DNA of 63,088 bases, filler included, from Olpidium bornovanus S191 (lineage: Eukaryota; Fungi; Olpidiomycota), in the NCBI GenBank assembly GCA_017911155.1. It is 26 parts of 26 records of this genome, joined end to end, with 100 filler letters (N's around TTAATTAATTAA, not from the genome) between each part and the next. Parts side by side here need not be neighbours in the genome. Positions count along the whole stretch, not along the records: positions 46,495 to 50,816 come from JAEFCI010007240.1; positions 50,917 to 53,085 come from JAEFCI010008024.1; positions 53,186 to 55,874 come from JAEFCI010011602.1; positions 55,975 to 57,716 come from JAEFCI010007125.1; positions 57,817 to 59,364 come from JAEFCI010011406.1; positions 59,465 to 60,720 come from JAEFCI010001250.1; 20 more parts are not named here. One strand, given 5' to 3'. A program made the position numbers and the translations under genes. The notes under the pieces are model-generated. The model did not search any database. It was not told the DNA's origin and was given only the letters and a program-made list of their open reading frames with translations. The stretch's first letter is position 1; the number at the start of each line of letters is the position of its first letter. Positions 48,062 through 60,706 of this stretch are shown here, one piece after another.

Positions 48062-50684
48062 GATGGATGCGGCGTCGAAGCATTCCGCACTCCGCCCCGC
48101 CATGCCGCCGGAGGCGCAGCAGCAGCAGCAGCAGCAGCCGCACATCGGCCGAGGGAGCGAGGCGGAGGCGCACGCCGAGCGGGGCGAAGGGTGGCGGGCG
48201 GCGATGTCGCTGGCCGCCGGGGCGGTGCGGCAGCTCGCTAGGCGCTTCCGCCGACCGAGGCGGCCGGTGGCCGACATCCAGTACGGCGCTTACGACGGCC
48301 AGGAGAATGCGGACGCGGCGGCCGCGGGGAATTGCTGCTGCGCGACGGCCGCGGGGAAATGCTGCTGCGTGGCCGTCGCCACCCCTCCGGGCGCCGCCGC
48401 GCACGCGCAGGCGAAGGAGCCGCCGCAGCCGCCGCCGAAACAGGCCCCGGCGGCGACCGGAGACGGCCCGCCGGGCGGCGCCGGCGCGAACCTGCCGGCG
48501 CTGCGGTCGCCACCGGCCTGGCAGATCCGCCGGCGGGGCTCACTGGCGGAAGGCGGCGCCGCGTTGCGCCGCCAGGTTTCCAAGGCGTCCTGGGACGCCG
48601 CCGCCGCCGCCGCCGGCTCCCGCCTCCCGCAGATCAGCATCACCCGCACGCCCGAGTGGCCCGATGCGCCGGCCGGCGGCGGCGGACCCGCGTCCGGCGC
48701 ACTCCGGGCGCCCTCCCGCGCGCCGGTCTCGAAGGCCGAGTTCTTGAGTCTGTACGCTCGCGGTTCGATCGCACTAGATCCGTTGGGCAAAGTGCCGCCG
48801 GCGAACTCTTTCGCCGGGGATCCCACCTTCCAGTTCCTCCGCGCCCCGAAGCCGCCCGACGACGACACGCGCCTGAGCAACCTGGCCGGATACGGCTTGA
48901 CCACGGTGAGAAGGGGGATCGAGGGAGGGGGACGGCCCACAACAGATCTTTTTTCTGCCGCCGCCCGCACCCCTGGGGCCCTTACCCTGGCCCCCTCCCC
49001 TCCTGCGGGTCCAGCTTGTGCCCCCCCCCCCCTCCGTTTAACTCCTCTCGCGTCCGTGTGAAGGCCCCCGATCCAAACATGACGCGCATCGTGGAGTTAG
49101 GGAAAGCGATCTTTAAGGTGTGCGTCGCATCGGGTTTTCTTACGAGCAAGGGGGGAAAAGAGTTTCTGTTTTATCCTCGCCAGCCTCGCTTCCTAACCCT
49201 CGCCAGCCGCTTGTTAAACCGCGCCGCCCCTGAAAGTCAGAAACCTGCGTTTTTTCCATCATCGATAAATATAAACACTGGTTCAAAGCGTGAGTCCCCC
49301 TTGGCGTCTGCTCCGGAGGCCAAAACGAAAACGGGAAACCCGGCGACGATCCTCACATCCGCCGGCCTCTCCCAGCTGCGTCGGAATCCCAAACATGACG
49401 CTCGACAGGTCGGCTTTTCGGAAAACGCGGCGAGCCAGTTTTGGTTTTGCCGTCCGCTCCAGATCCTGCTGACTGTCTTTCGCATCCCTATCCCCCTTCC
49501 CCACCCCCACCCGTCCCCGCTCCGTCAGAAACGTCGGGTTCTGTGCACATACCATTCTAAGGCACGCGTGGACTTTCCGCCCCGTCGCGAAATCCGATCG
49601 AAACCGGCCGCATATTAAAAGAGCCCGGACGACCTTCTCGTGATTTTTTACATCAGAAAGGACCAAGAGTGCTTCGTCGTCAGCGACGCCCAAAACGGTT
49701 GTTGCCTACTTTTTTTTTTCTACTTTGCGCCGTCGTCTACGGGCAGAAAAATGCAGCCCGATTGGAAGCTGATCACATGTTGATAACCACCCGACACCTC
49801 CCCCGCTCTCTTCCGCCGTCCGGTCACCGCAAAAAAAAAAAAAAAAAAAATGCGAATTCTTCATCCAATGCCGTTTTATGCTTTTTGCAGACTGGAGGTT
49901 CGCAAACCACCCGCTGGTTGTCGGAAAGCCGTACCTCCGGTTTTACGCTGGCGCGCCGGTGCGGTCGGAGGAGGGCCACAACATCGGGGTGGTGTGCGTG
50001 TCGGACCGGACGCCGCGGGTGTTCTCGGCGGCAGACGCGGCGGTGCTGAAGGGCCTGGCGAGCGCGGTCGCGCGAGAGCTGACGTCCATCAAGGAGAAGA
50101 ACTTCACGGCGGTGCTGCAGCGGCACCAGGAGCTGATCGCGCACTTCTCCAAGAAGGCGCCGTTCAAGACGTCGATAAGGGCCATCTTCCGAGACGCGTG
50201 CCAGCGCATCGCGAACACGATGGAGACGGAGATCGTGTTCGTGCTGGAGGCGACCGACGCGCAGAAGAACCGGTTCATCGTGCGCGCCGCCGAGGGGCTC
50301 CAGCCCGTCCTCGCGGCCGCCGCCCCCGGCCCCGCCTCCTCCGCCGGGGCCCCCGCGGCGGAGTTCGCCGAGAGCGACGAGAGCAGAGACAGCCACGTGC
50401 AGATGACGAGCTTCAGGAGGAGGAACTCGTCGTACACGCCGTCGGCCCGGCAGGGCATGCCGGACCGCCACCTGCTGCCCGCCAGTCCCCAGGCGCCCGG
50501 CGCGGCCCGCAGGAAGCGGCAGACGGCGTCGGAGCTGCTCAGCCTGAGCGTCCTCGATGACGTCATGTCCTCGCTGGACAACATGCCGAGTTCCGTCCTG
50601 CGCGGCAGCAGCGGGTGCGGATTTTCCACGCACACGGACGACGACCAGGTCGGCATAAAATGGAGCGGAGCCGAGTCGGAATGA
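48062..50684 (+). CDS. GAF-domain protein (sensor-type), multi-exon; the 3' end may continue off-contig
   Basis: APKPPDDDTRLSNLAGYGL, SIIDKYKHWFKA, CVGIPNMTLDR|NVGFCAHTIL, CFVVSDA|DWRFANHPLVVGKPYLRFYAGAPV....HNIGVVCVSDRTPR: a canonical GAF signature split over short exons. Confidence 0.85.
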
Positions 50685-52025
50685 AGAAGGGGCGAAGGGG
50701 AGGAGGAGCGGTTGATGCGGGCGGGGGGGGGGGGGGGGGGGGGGGGGTGGGAACCCCCCCCCGCGTGGTCCCCCGGCGGGGGCGCCCCCCCCCCCCCCCC
50801 CCCCCCCCCTTCGTACNNNNNNNNNNNNNNNNNNNNNNNNNNNNNNNNNNNNNNNNNNNNTTAATTAATTAANNNNNNNNNNNNNNNNNNNNNNNNNNNN
50901 NNNNNNNNNNNNNNNNGATGCCTTTAATGCTCTGCCTTGAATGTTTTAACAAAGTTTCGGCTGCATCCAGCAACAAGTTGGCGTGTTGTATCACAATTTG
51001 ATACAATCTGCTCGGTAAGTCGTTTTGTCGAATCATGATTTAGTGCTTTTGAGAAAGTGGCAGGTGGCGCCTGGCTATGGGGCCCGAGCGCCCATATTCT
51101 ATGGCGAATCTTGTTGGATGACACCTTTTGAGTGCGCGTTTCGAAGGGTGTCAACTGGAGGCAGCGGGTCCGGAAATGTTTTCCGGTTGTTCCCGATTAC
51201 TTTCACAAATCGTGCGTCGATACCTAGAGGTTTACTTTGTGAGCTGATGCCCCCCCCCAACCTCCCCTCCGACGAAAGGAGTGGCGCATCTTCGCGGTCA
51301 CTTTCGAGCGGCTCTCCGGGAGTATTCGCAGTCCCCCGGGGGGCCCCGCTTGTTGACGCAACAGCGGGCAAACCGATGTTTCCCATAGAATTCGTACCCG
51401 GAGCGCTCTTAGGGGGGAGGAAGGAAGGGGGGTGGGGAGGGGGGGGGGGTGCTGCGCTCATTGAATCCGCCAGAAACTCGCCCAAACGAGGTTCACGACG
51501 AAGGCGGACGGTCATTTTGTGCCAACAACCAGCCCCCACACTGGCTCGCGTGTGGGAGGCCATGTTCTCGTGATGCCCCTCGGAAAACATTAACACCCGA
51601 GAGGTCTGCGTGACTTCAAGCGGCGAGAGGAGCCGGTTCTGGACTCCAACACATAATATGCGGAGGGGAGGGGGGTGCCTGAGTACACGCGGAAAAAATG
51701 TGGTAATCCGGTCTAAGAGTTTTGGAATATCAAAGACGTGTGAGCGGTGGAAAAAAAAAAAACAACAACAAAAAGGTCGGTCAATTTTTGATGGGTGGAA
51801 AAAAAAAATGGCAACGCGGGAGGGTCGGGGAAAATGCGAATAGGTGTGAAAAAAGAAGAAGGCCGGGAATGCTAAACGGACGGAGCGCGGATGTAGATAG
51901 GAAGGCTGCGGCACGACATAATACGCCCAGGCGGTTACGTGCTTTTTTGTTCTTTTCGGTCGAAACGACGGGGCTTTGCGATGGCGATTAGACAAGGGCC
52001 CCCCCCCCCCGCCTTAACCCCGCGC

Positions 52026-53085
52026 TCATAGTGATCCCAGAGCGGTGGCCTTAAGGATGATGTTTATCGTGACGGCCGAGAAGAGCGTGACGGCGAGGAC
52101 GACCGGCCCCACGAGATCGTCGTAAGCGCCCTTGTCCCGGCGGCGGATCTTTTCCGCCCGCCACTGGTAGATCGCAAGCGCGTAGAACATGATCCCGATG
52201 GAGATGAACGTGAACAGGACGCCGGCTGTCCTGCCGGCCGTGTCTCCGAAGTTGACGAGCCCGACGGCAAGCGAACCGAGGAGGACGGCGAAGTGCAACC
52301 AGTGCAGGAACGTTCTCTCGTTGGCGAAGAAGATCTTCGGCTCCACGCGCGTTGGTATGGTTATGGGTTTGACCGCGGCTTCGCGGGAGGTCCTGCTGTT
52401 CGGCGCGCCGGCTTCGGCCGTGCCGTTGGAGGAGCTCACAGACGAAGGCGGGCTGGTCGAGCGGCGCCGGAACAGACCGCGGAGAGCCCGTGTGGTCACG
52501 AGTTTGCGACCACGTCCGCGCGGAAGCACGTCGCCGCCGGAGTAGCCTTCGCTGCGAGCCAAAGTCGAACCGGAGAGAAGCGGCGTGGTCTCGCTGTCAA
52601 TCATCCGCATGTTCAGTCGGACTTCCGGGACCTTTAGAAGGCCGTTGTTGGCCTCCTCCGAGTCCGCCTCGCTGGCAGGGTTGCTGGAACCCTTGGAAGA
52701 CACGTCGCGTTCATCACGAAAGCCCCATCGCAGGTCGTGCCGCGAGATGTGGAAGTCGTGTGAGGGAGGCTTCCGGATGTCATTGTCCATCTGAGGCAAC
52801 TTCATAGGAGCAAAAAAAAAAAGAAAAAGATTGACAAAATAAACGTAGGGTTCTACCACCGTCTCCGCCTTTCGCTTTCCTTCCCACGTATCGCTTGGAG
52901 CAGCACAGCAGACATACCCAGAACGGCAACAACGGAACTCTGGATTCCAGCAGGGTAGCGCACCCATGGATAAATTTGCTGAACTTGGGGACTTCCTCGA
53001 CCAGATGCGATGCTGTGAGATTTTGAACCCACCGCGGCGGCTCCGTCCCCAGCTGCGTCTGTAGCTTGACCTCCAAGATGGCATA
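52026..53085 (-). CDS. VTC4: Vacuolar transporter chaperone 4 (polyphosphate polymerase), 3' part
   Basis: [53 protein letters not shown]|[12 protein letters not shown] (intron 52800-52917), then the transmembrane region [17 protein letters not shown]...YQWRA.KIR...YDD..GP. Confidence 0.93.
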
Positions 53086-53319
53086 NNNNNNNNNNNNNNN
53101 NNNNNNNNNNNNNNNNNNNNNNNNNNNNNTTAATTAATTAANNNNNNNNNNNNNNNNNNNNNNNNNNNNNNNNNNNNNNNNNNNNCCTGGCGCTGAGGGA
53201 ACAAAGCTCACCGAGGGCTAGTGAATAGTAACGTAATCTTGGACGAAGCGCAGGTTCGGGTCACTATCGAGGGCGCGATTGCCGAATGAAAAACGGCATC
53301 CTCATGTGACAAACTGTGC

Positions 53320-53666
53320 GCAGACTGCGATCAGCCTCGCACGGCCAGGTTTTACGTCAAAAGCTACAACATGGAAGCCCGAAGGTTGATTGGTGCGATT
53401 GTTGACACACTCAGGTACGGGTCGTGTGGGCGCGGTAAAGCGCTTCCCTTTCTCAACCTCCCGAGGGACCCAAGCAACGATTGCGATTCAGATGGAAAAT
53501 CTATGTCTCTATTCAAAAGAAAGTGATTGCTCATTATGTTACATTTGACGAGGTCGCTCGCTTTAGTCCCCATTCTTACAGGTACTCCCTGACGCGGCCG
53601 TCGTTCGGGACAAGGATCGGGCCGATCCTGGAGAACGGCCACAAGATAAATTTGACTTTCGAGTGA
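53320..53666 (+). CDS. Unidentified spliced coding fragment convergent with IMP2
   Basis: ...RFYVKSYNMEARRLIGAIVDTL R|WKIYVSIQKKVIAHYVTFDEVARFSPHSY joins in phase across a GTACGG...CAG intron; no family recognised with confidence. Confidence 0.3.
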
Positions 53667-54398
53667 ATGAGGCCCAGTGGAACCTAAAAGGCACCGACAG
53701 CTTCCGGTCAACGTTCGTGTAAATCTCCGCCAGCGATTATGCAACTTAATGACGTACCGGGCCAAAATGGTTGCTGTCCACGCTGTGCGATGGGCCGTCG
53801 CCTTCTACCCACGCATGGCCCTTCCGTATCCTCACGACCTTGCCGGCGTCGGGACTGGTGTTCAACGGCCTGACGCAGTCCCCTTCCAGGGCTATGATAC
53901 GCTTCGTGATTTGACGGCCCGGTTCTATCGGCGAGCTGCAGACCGCGTACGTCAGAGACTCCGGAATTCGGCGGCGAGTGCTACAGCAGGATGAATGGCG
54001 AGACCAAAACCCACTTCAGGATCACCACGTCCCCGACCTCGTAGTCATGGGTGCGCGAGGCCCATCTCGTCAGAAGAACCAGGTCGCTCTTCAGCAGGTT
54101 CGAGTCTGGATTTAACGTGGGCTGCTCGACGCCGGGGAAAATAATTCGGAACGCGAAGTTCGCCGTTCACATTTTCACCGGCGCTCGGGGTTGTCGACGA
54201 ACCAACTGGGCGCACGTATGTCCGCTCTGGTGGTTTCTCTTCTTTCTGTCACTCTCTCTTCATCTCTCTCTCGCTCTCTCCCCCCCTCACCTGCATCGAC
54301 CGCCCTTCAACGAACGCCACTGACACGCCGTGGTCCACCACGAAGACCGCGACGGGCACCCACGGAAGCAGGCGAAACAGCCTCCGCGCGGTTAACAT
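53576..54398 (-). CDS. IMP2: Mitochondrial inner-membrane peptidase subunit 2 (S26 family)
   Basis: Exons VEGRSMQ|PTLNPDS...DLVLL.RW...GDVVIL|SPIEPGRQITKRIIALEGD...KGHAWVEGD...SVDSNHFGP|VPLGLIHSKVKFILWPFSR; catalytic Ser and Lys motifs are present. Confidence 0.92.
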
Positions 54399-55470
54399 CG
54401 AGTTAATTTCTTTTCCGCGGGCCGGCGGCCCCGTTCCGAGGAACGGCAACTCCTAAGCCGAACTCGGCCGCGCCCGGCTGGGTGAAAGCTTTGCGCCACG
54501 GCAACGGACCCGGCTTGCTCCCGGGTGGGTGCGGGCGCGCGCGAGCGAGGACGGGAGATGGCTGCGCATGCGCACGCGGGGACGGGCGGGGCTGGCGGGG
54601 GGGGGGGGGGGGGTTTTCCAGGGCTGGCTGTTCCATTGATTGATCATCACGTAAATTTGCCATTGGGCCAAGGTGTGACGACGGGGAAGGGGGGGAGGCG
54701 CGCGCGCGCGGGGCCCAAAGAAATGATGTCCGGGCGAGCGAGGAGGCCGCACATGCGCATGAGAGAGACCGTCGCTCGGGCGGAAACCCCACGAGACGAC
54801 CGGATGCCACAGTTCAGTGTTCTCCACCCAAACAAGCGCATAATACCTGGGGGGAAAAAACGAGCCGAAAAGAAAATGCCCCGCCCCCCCCCCCCTCCCT
54901 GTTTTATTCAGTTTTCTTGCTGGTTCCCTGACGTTTCAAAGTCTTTGCTTACCTAGTCAGAGTCCCGGCCTTGCGGCATCTTTTCGAGATTTCTTGCCTC
55001 ATTTAGCTTGGCACCCTTGGACAAGGTCCGACAGAGATAGTGACTAGATTTACTCTACTTACCGTGTATAGTACACTTTAGTTGACACGATTCGTAGCTA
55101 ACCTGTGTTAGAATTAGTGTGCCTGTGCGTCTGGTCAGAACCACTCAATGTACAGTAACGTAGTTTTCTTGTAGCAATGGAAGTTACGCGACGCATCCCG
55201 CACCCTCCTGCGGGAACCCTCAAAAACGAACTCGAACAACCTGTAAGTACAGGAGATTTTCCAGTGTTGGTGGACAAAGGCATAACTAAGTAAATGGAGT
55301 CATTATCAAAAAGGGTATATAATATCTCTATTCCGAGTCCTCCCTGTCCCCATCTCTTCGAAATTGCTGCATATCAGGGATGTCGCGGCTACGCCGTCAA
55401 AACCCTTCCCTGCCAGCCGCCAAACCCAGTCCAAGAAGCCTGGACAGCCAACAACGGGCGGGGGCCATGA

Positions 55471-55706
55471 GTCACGCGACGTCATGATTCGCCAAGCGGT
55501 CAAAATAAGCGGCCGCAACCAGTGCACCCGCTGCGCCTCACCACGTGACGTCATGGCTGTGCCGAGCCGTCCTCTCCTGGCACCAAGAAGTGGCCACACC
55601 AAGCGCAACTGCTTGCAACTGTCACTTGATGTCATGGTTCTGTGACTGACCCGGGACAAGAAGCCACACTGGGTGCACCGCTGCACAGAATCACGTGATG
55701 CCATCA
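55471..55706. repeat. Degenerate four-unit array (70-80 bp spacing) built on a TCACGTGACGTCATG core
   Basis: gtcacgcgacgtcatg (55471), ccacgtgacgtcatg (55541), gtcacttgatgtcatg (55621) and tcacgtgatgccatc (55691); flanking GTGCACC(C)GCTGC recurs about 150 bp apart. Confidence 0.7.
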
Positions 55707-55974
55707 TTGCCGGCACGCGGTGTGCCTAGCTGTGATTGGCACACGACAAAAACCCTGGCCCCGGCCTGGCCCCAAAGCCTAGAACCGTTTGTTACGGTGC
55801 ATGCCAGCGTGGTGGGGCAAAGCCAAAATATCGGCAAATTTCCACCACGCTGCGTCATTCGGAATATTTTCCGANNNNNNNNNNNNNNNNNNNNNNNNNN
55901 NNNNNNNNNNNNNNNNNNTTAATTAATTAANNNNNNNNNNNNNNNNNNNNNNNNNNNNNNNNNNNNNNNNNNNN

Positions 55975-57445
55975 CGAGCTCGGGACTTACTTTTCTGTGG
56001 CCGAAGTTTCCAAAATTTCGGAACCGGTAATACCATCGTCTGATCGTTTTCTCCAAAAAGCCGCAAAATGGGGCGCAGCGAAACGTGAAACCATGTGTCA
56101 AAACAGTCTTCCAGTCCGACCACAGCAAAGGGCACAATGCGATATCCTGTGCGGAGAAACCGTGAATATCATTTCCACTTTTGTCAGATCTTCTGTCTCG
56201 TCGCAAGTAACAAACCGTTCACTGATGCCACGCAACTGTTCTCTATGGCCATTTTCGCAAATCCGTTTCTAAGAGTCAATTGAAAGTCAGAAACTGAGGA
56301 GTCTTTCCGGCGAGGATGTATTTGGTCGTCGTTATACCTACTTGCCGTCCCATAGCAATGCGTATTTCGGCATGTTCGATCTCTTGAGCACTTCGTCGAC
56401 GCCGCCCGGGTAAAAAAGAATTGGTTGTCCCGCTGCCATCAAAGCCTTGCAATTGGCTGGCGTGGTGACGCCTCCTCCAAGCACCGTCAAAAGGTGTTTG
56501 AGCACAGGGACGGCGTGAACTGCGTTTCGGAGGAGAGTATTATTTTCCAAACATGCCGCGGACACGGATGGACAATTTCATCGTTCGAACGCACATATTC
56601 GGTCATAGAGCAGGCGAGGATAAAACCCCTTGGCCTGATACAAAACATCCTGGATCAAAAGGATATCAAAACCTGTCCCGGGATGTAAATATCCTCAGCA
56701 GGATTCTTCTCGGGTAGGGAAATGAACGCGCGCTGCCCGGTGACCTCACCGTATATCTGATGATTCCCAACAAAGAACAGTTGTGGGTCCTTCGGCAGCC
56801 TTTTTAATCCATACACTTCGAAACGCGCGAATCCACCAGTGAACCGACGAGTCCAACCCAGGTCGGGCGTCGTAAAAAGAACGTGTTCCCGGCAGTACCT
56901 TGAACGGGAAAGGACACGCGCAGTGGCAGCGACGCGAGGTGCATGGCCGACATTGAAAGAAGCCGCCGTTGGATTGTCGTATCGTCGACCGCCATTAATG
57001 ACCTACACGCTGCTCTGAAGAACGGGGAAATGGCAGTCAATATTTGGCAGTGCCACGAGGGTCGCAGGCTGAACACGGCGCACCATGCCGCAGGCTGCTG
57101 AGCGTACCGGAGAGCGAGATCAGCCAACTTTCGGATAGGGACGATCAACGTCGACGCTACCGACCAGAGCAACCTGAGCAAACCTGGTCGGGACGCGGCG
57201 CCCCGTTTGGAACTGCAGCAAGGCGACGCAACAGGGGATGACGGTGGTCGCGAGAAGGCGGAACGGCCGACTGGCGGCCCGGCGACGGGATGTGGCAAGC
57301 TTGCGGCAAGCGCCGATCTCCCGCGGGTGCCGCCGCGGCCTTCGTCGATGTTCCGCCTAAGGCGTTGCTGCGCGCAGCCGCAACCTGCAGGACGGCAGCC
57401 CCGCGATCTAGCCGCGAAGGGCACGTTCCCTCCGTCGGCGACCAT
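55975..57445 (-). CDS. PlsC-superfamily acyltransferase (DGAT2/TMEM68-like), partial
   Basis: GLKRLPKDPQLFFVGNHQIYG, VPVLKHLLTVLGG...NCKALMAAGQPILFYPGGVDEVLKRSNMPKYALLW, GFAKMAIEN and PFAVVGLEDCFD in successive exons. The start position is uncertain. Confidence 0.8.
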
Positions 57446-57569
57446 AAGTGCGTGTTTTCCTCGGCTCTTGGGGTACGTGTTGTTTACGCGTGCGCGCGGT
57501 GTGATGCGGAGGCGGACGGCCCTCGCGCGGCGGGCGGCGGGGGGCGGGGGCGGCCGTGAGGGAGAAGGG

Positions 57570-57620
<51 letters not shown>

Positions 57621-57955
57621 GAACAAAAAAAGAATAAAAAGAAAACAGGGGAAGGAACGGCCCCCTTCGGATGACGTCATAACTACGTGTGCACGCAGCG
57701 CTTTCTTCCCCCCCCCNNNNNNNNNNNNNNNNNNNNNNNNNNNNNNNNNNNNNNNNNNNNTTAATTAATTAANNNNNNNNNNNNNNNNNNNNNNNNNNNN
57801 NNNNNNNNNNNNNNNNCGTTCTTTTACCATTGCTGCTGCGAGCTCAACGTCAAGCCATTTTCAGTGATCCTGATTACGGTCAGTCCGAACTCAACCCACT
57901 GCCGTCCTGATTATCAGCAGCCATATTGCCTCACATGCGTCCAAACACTTGGCAG

Positions 57956-58883
57956 CTGACGGGTACTACTCCCTGGACAAGCCGCCGAACAGCGGACTTG
58001 GCATCGCACGGATGGCTGCGCTGCTGACATACCGGAGCCGAAATTCGTTCGAATCGCGGTTTGGCCGTAATTTCATGCCGCAGCCCTATGTATCTCAGAG
58101 TTTCGCGGAAAAAAATTATCCAGCGGCGTCGCCACAAAAGCCGCTCTCGCCTGCTGATGCGTCCGTTGAACACCATAACGACGGCCTGCAGGGTCGGACG
58201 CAGTTAGCAGCGAAACGGTGGGCCTCCTGTTCCGCCAACGGCGGCAAGCCGGATCCGCAGCCCCGGGTGTTCTCTGCGCAGAGCTACCTGAGGCACCAAG
58301 GCGAAAATTTTTTTAAGCGGTTCGACGCAAACTGCTACATTTCTCTGACCCGCAAGCTAGACGCCCACGATATCGCACGCGGCCGGCCCGGCTCTTACGA
58401 GGACGTGCTGAGGGGAATAAACCAGGCGGCGCTTATAATCGGTGGGGATGCGTGGGAGGTTTGGCTTTTTCTTTTTTTTTTTTTTTTTTTTTTTTGGCGC
58501 ACAGCACTGTATTCACGACGCGTTGGGGTTCGACTTTCTTTGATTTTCTGGCGCGCAACGGTATGTCACTGTTGGCGTGTCTCCACCAACCAGGCATAGA
58601 GAGCGACGGCCTTTTTACGATATCTGAGCAGTACGAGCTTGCGGAGCACATCTCTGATTCCCGTATGGTCGTCATCAACTCTCCCGAGGGGCACGACGGC
58701 TTCCTGATCGAGTTTGAACAAGTCAACAGGCACATCCGCCGTTTCGTCCAGGACCGCCTGCCCCATCTTTTCGAAGCTTCCAGGGTCAACCTCGCGGAGG
58801 GTAGCGCCGAAAAGTCGCCGTCCGGAAAAATTTCGGGAAGCGATCGAGCGTCTGAGGCGGAGGGCGGTGTGTGCGCGTGGTAA
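57956..58883 (+). CDS. MET2: Homoserine O-acetyltransferase, 3' part
   Basis: DGYY...PP.SGLGIARMAALLTYRS..SFESRFGR, SAQSYLRHQG..F.KRFDANCYISLTRKLDAHD, then across intron 58442-58593 GIESDGLF..EQ.ELA...INSPEGHDGFLIE; stop at 58883. Confidence 0.95.
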
Positions 58884-59464
58884 TATCCAGGTAGACCGCG
58901 ATAGAATTTTTCAGGCCCAGACGTGGAGACGCAAGTTTTTTGGGGAGGGCTTAGCATGCCAAACGCAAATCAGTGCGGGTCCGCGCCTCGCAGAAAAAAA
59001 AAAAGAAATTGCATCGCTGCTTCGCGGTTTGACCAGCGCATTCGATTGCACAATGTTCTGGGCGATCTCGGCAGCAGGGAGATAGATACTTCGATGTACG
59101 GTGGCCTCCGGACCGCGGGCAAACAGAACAACGGAGATCTCCCCGTTCGCAACGGGAAAGGAAAAAAAAAAAAAAAAAAAAAAGGGGGGGGGGGGCCAGC
59201 CCGGGGGGCACACGGGCCGCCTGCTCCCCTGTATCGAAATTCGCATGGATTGTTTAGGCGAGTCGCAAACAGGCTGTGACTCGAAAGTCGCGTGAGACGT
59301 GTGAACGGCGAAGTTTGGGGTTGCACAGCGCCCGCGCAGAGCTCAATTTCCCAATTCACGGCCANNNNNNNNNNNNNNNNNNNNNNNNNNNNNNNNNNNN
59401 NNNNNNNNTTAATTAATTAANNNNNNNNNNNNNNNNNNNNNNNNNNNNNNNNNNNNNNNNNNNN

Positions 59465-59734
59465 CCCCGCCGGCGCATGCGACCCTTCGCCGGCGGCGTG
59501 CGCTCGGCTTTCCTCGCCCGGGCCGCCGCCGCCGCCGCCGCCCTTCCGCGTTCTCGCGGCGCGCTCGGCCGCGCGGGCGAACAGGCCCTCCAGTTCCTCC
59601 GGCACCTCCATCAGCCTGAACGTGTTCCGGAGGCCGCCCGGCGCCGGGCCGCCGCCGTTCATGAACACAAAGGGCTGCGGCGCGGGAAGCCCCGGCGGCG
59701 GCCGAACCGCGGCGCGCGCGGAGCCGGAGGCCAT
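59465..59734 (-). CDS. Possible sister-chromatid cohesion protein Dcc1, N-terminal exon
   Basis: FRLMEVPEELEGLF resembles the Dcc1 N-terminal Y+LLELP.EL motif; only a short match is visible. Confidence 0.35.
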
Positions 59735-60671
59735 GAGTTGCGCGACGTTTTTTTTTTTGTTTTTGTCCTTTCTTGCGGCGACGGGGGGGACGAGAAGAGG
59801 AGGAGGAGATTTAGGAGCGAGGGAGGGGAAGGAAGGCGGGGAAGGATGGACGAGCGGCGGGCGGCGGGCGGGCGGCGGTTATTCCGTTTCGCGGGCGCCC
59901 CGGTTCGTTCAGTTCGTTTCGCATGGAGGGAGTTTTGAGACTGCGGGGCAGAAAGCGTTTTCCTTTTTTTTTTTTTTTGGTTCTGCAGTTACGGTTCAAA
60001 CTTCAATTAAGTGTAAATCTGTTTTCTTTTTCCCTTTCTTGACAGGGCGAGCGAGAAAGAGAGAGAAAGCGAGTGAGAGAGAGAGAGAGAGACAGAGAGA
60101 GACGAGAGAGACCGGAAAGGCCCGCCCGGTTTGAGGCCCCTTCCCGCCTTCCCCCCAATTCTTAGCGTCTGCCCGGCGTGGCGAACGAGCAGGCCCGTGA
60201 AAGGGGCGGGAGGCGCTGCTGCCGGGCAACGTGCAAGCCCGGTTTAGAACAGGAAAGAGAGTTCGGCTGGTGTTTCCGGATTGCCGGGCGGAGAGAACCT
60301 CCACATGGGAGCGAGCGCTCGAATTCGCAAAAACGCAAGGGGGAGGGGGTTGCGCAGGGGGCAGATTTGCCCCCTCCGCGGGAAACTTCCGCGGCTGCGG
60401 CTTTTCCAAAAGCCACCGCGTTCCGCGAAGTCGAGAAAGCGACCGGGATATATCGCCGCCGCCCCCTGCGGGGAAGAGAGGGGGAAGAAAAGGGGAAGAA
60501 AAGGGGGGAGGGGGCGGGGGGAGGGATGTATCCATGGTGTTTGGGTCGGCCTGCGTACATGCCCCATCGCGCTGGTGGCTTCTGGCGCTCGGTGGGGGGG
60601 CTCGGAATCGATATCAGCGGGAACGTGTGGCAGATGGGGTTGATCGTTTGCCCGAAGGGCGCCCGGGGGAA

Positions 60672-60706
<35 letters not shown>

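Noticed and set aside
51025-51995. ORFs downstream of VTC4 and in contigs 45381-46394 and 61950-63088
   Set aside because: No recognisable motifs or consistent exon structure; left unannotated.
10336-58883. Apparent homoserine/methionine/SAM 'cluster' (THR1, SAM synthetase, MET2, plus a methyltransferase domain)
   Set aside because: Each gene is on a different contig, separated by artificial spacers. Co-occurrence in the window says nothing about genomic linkage.
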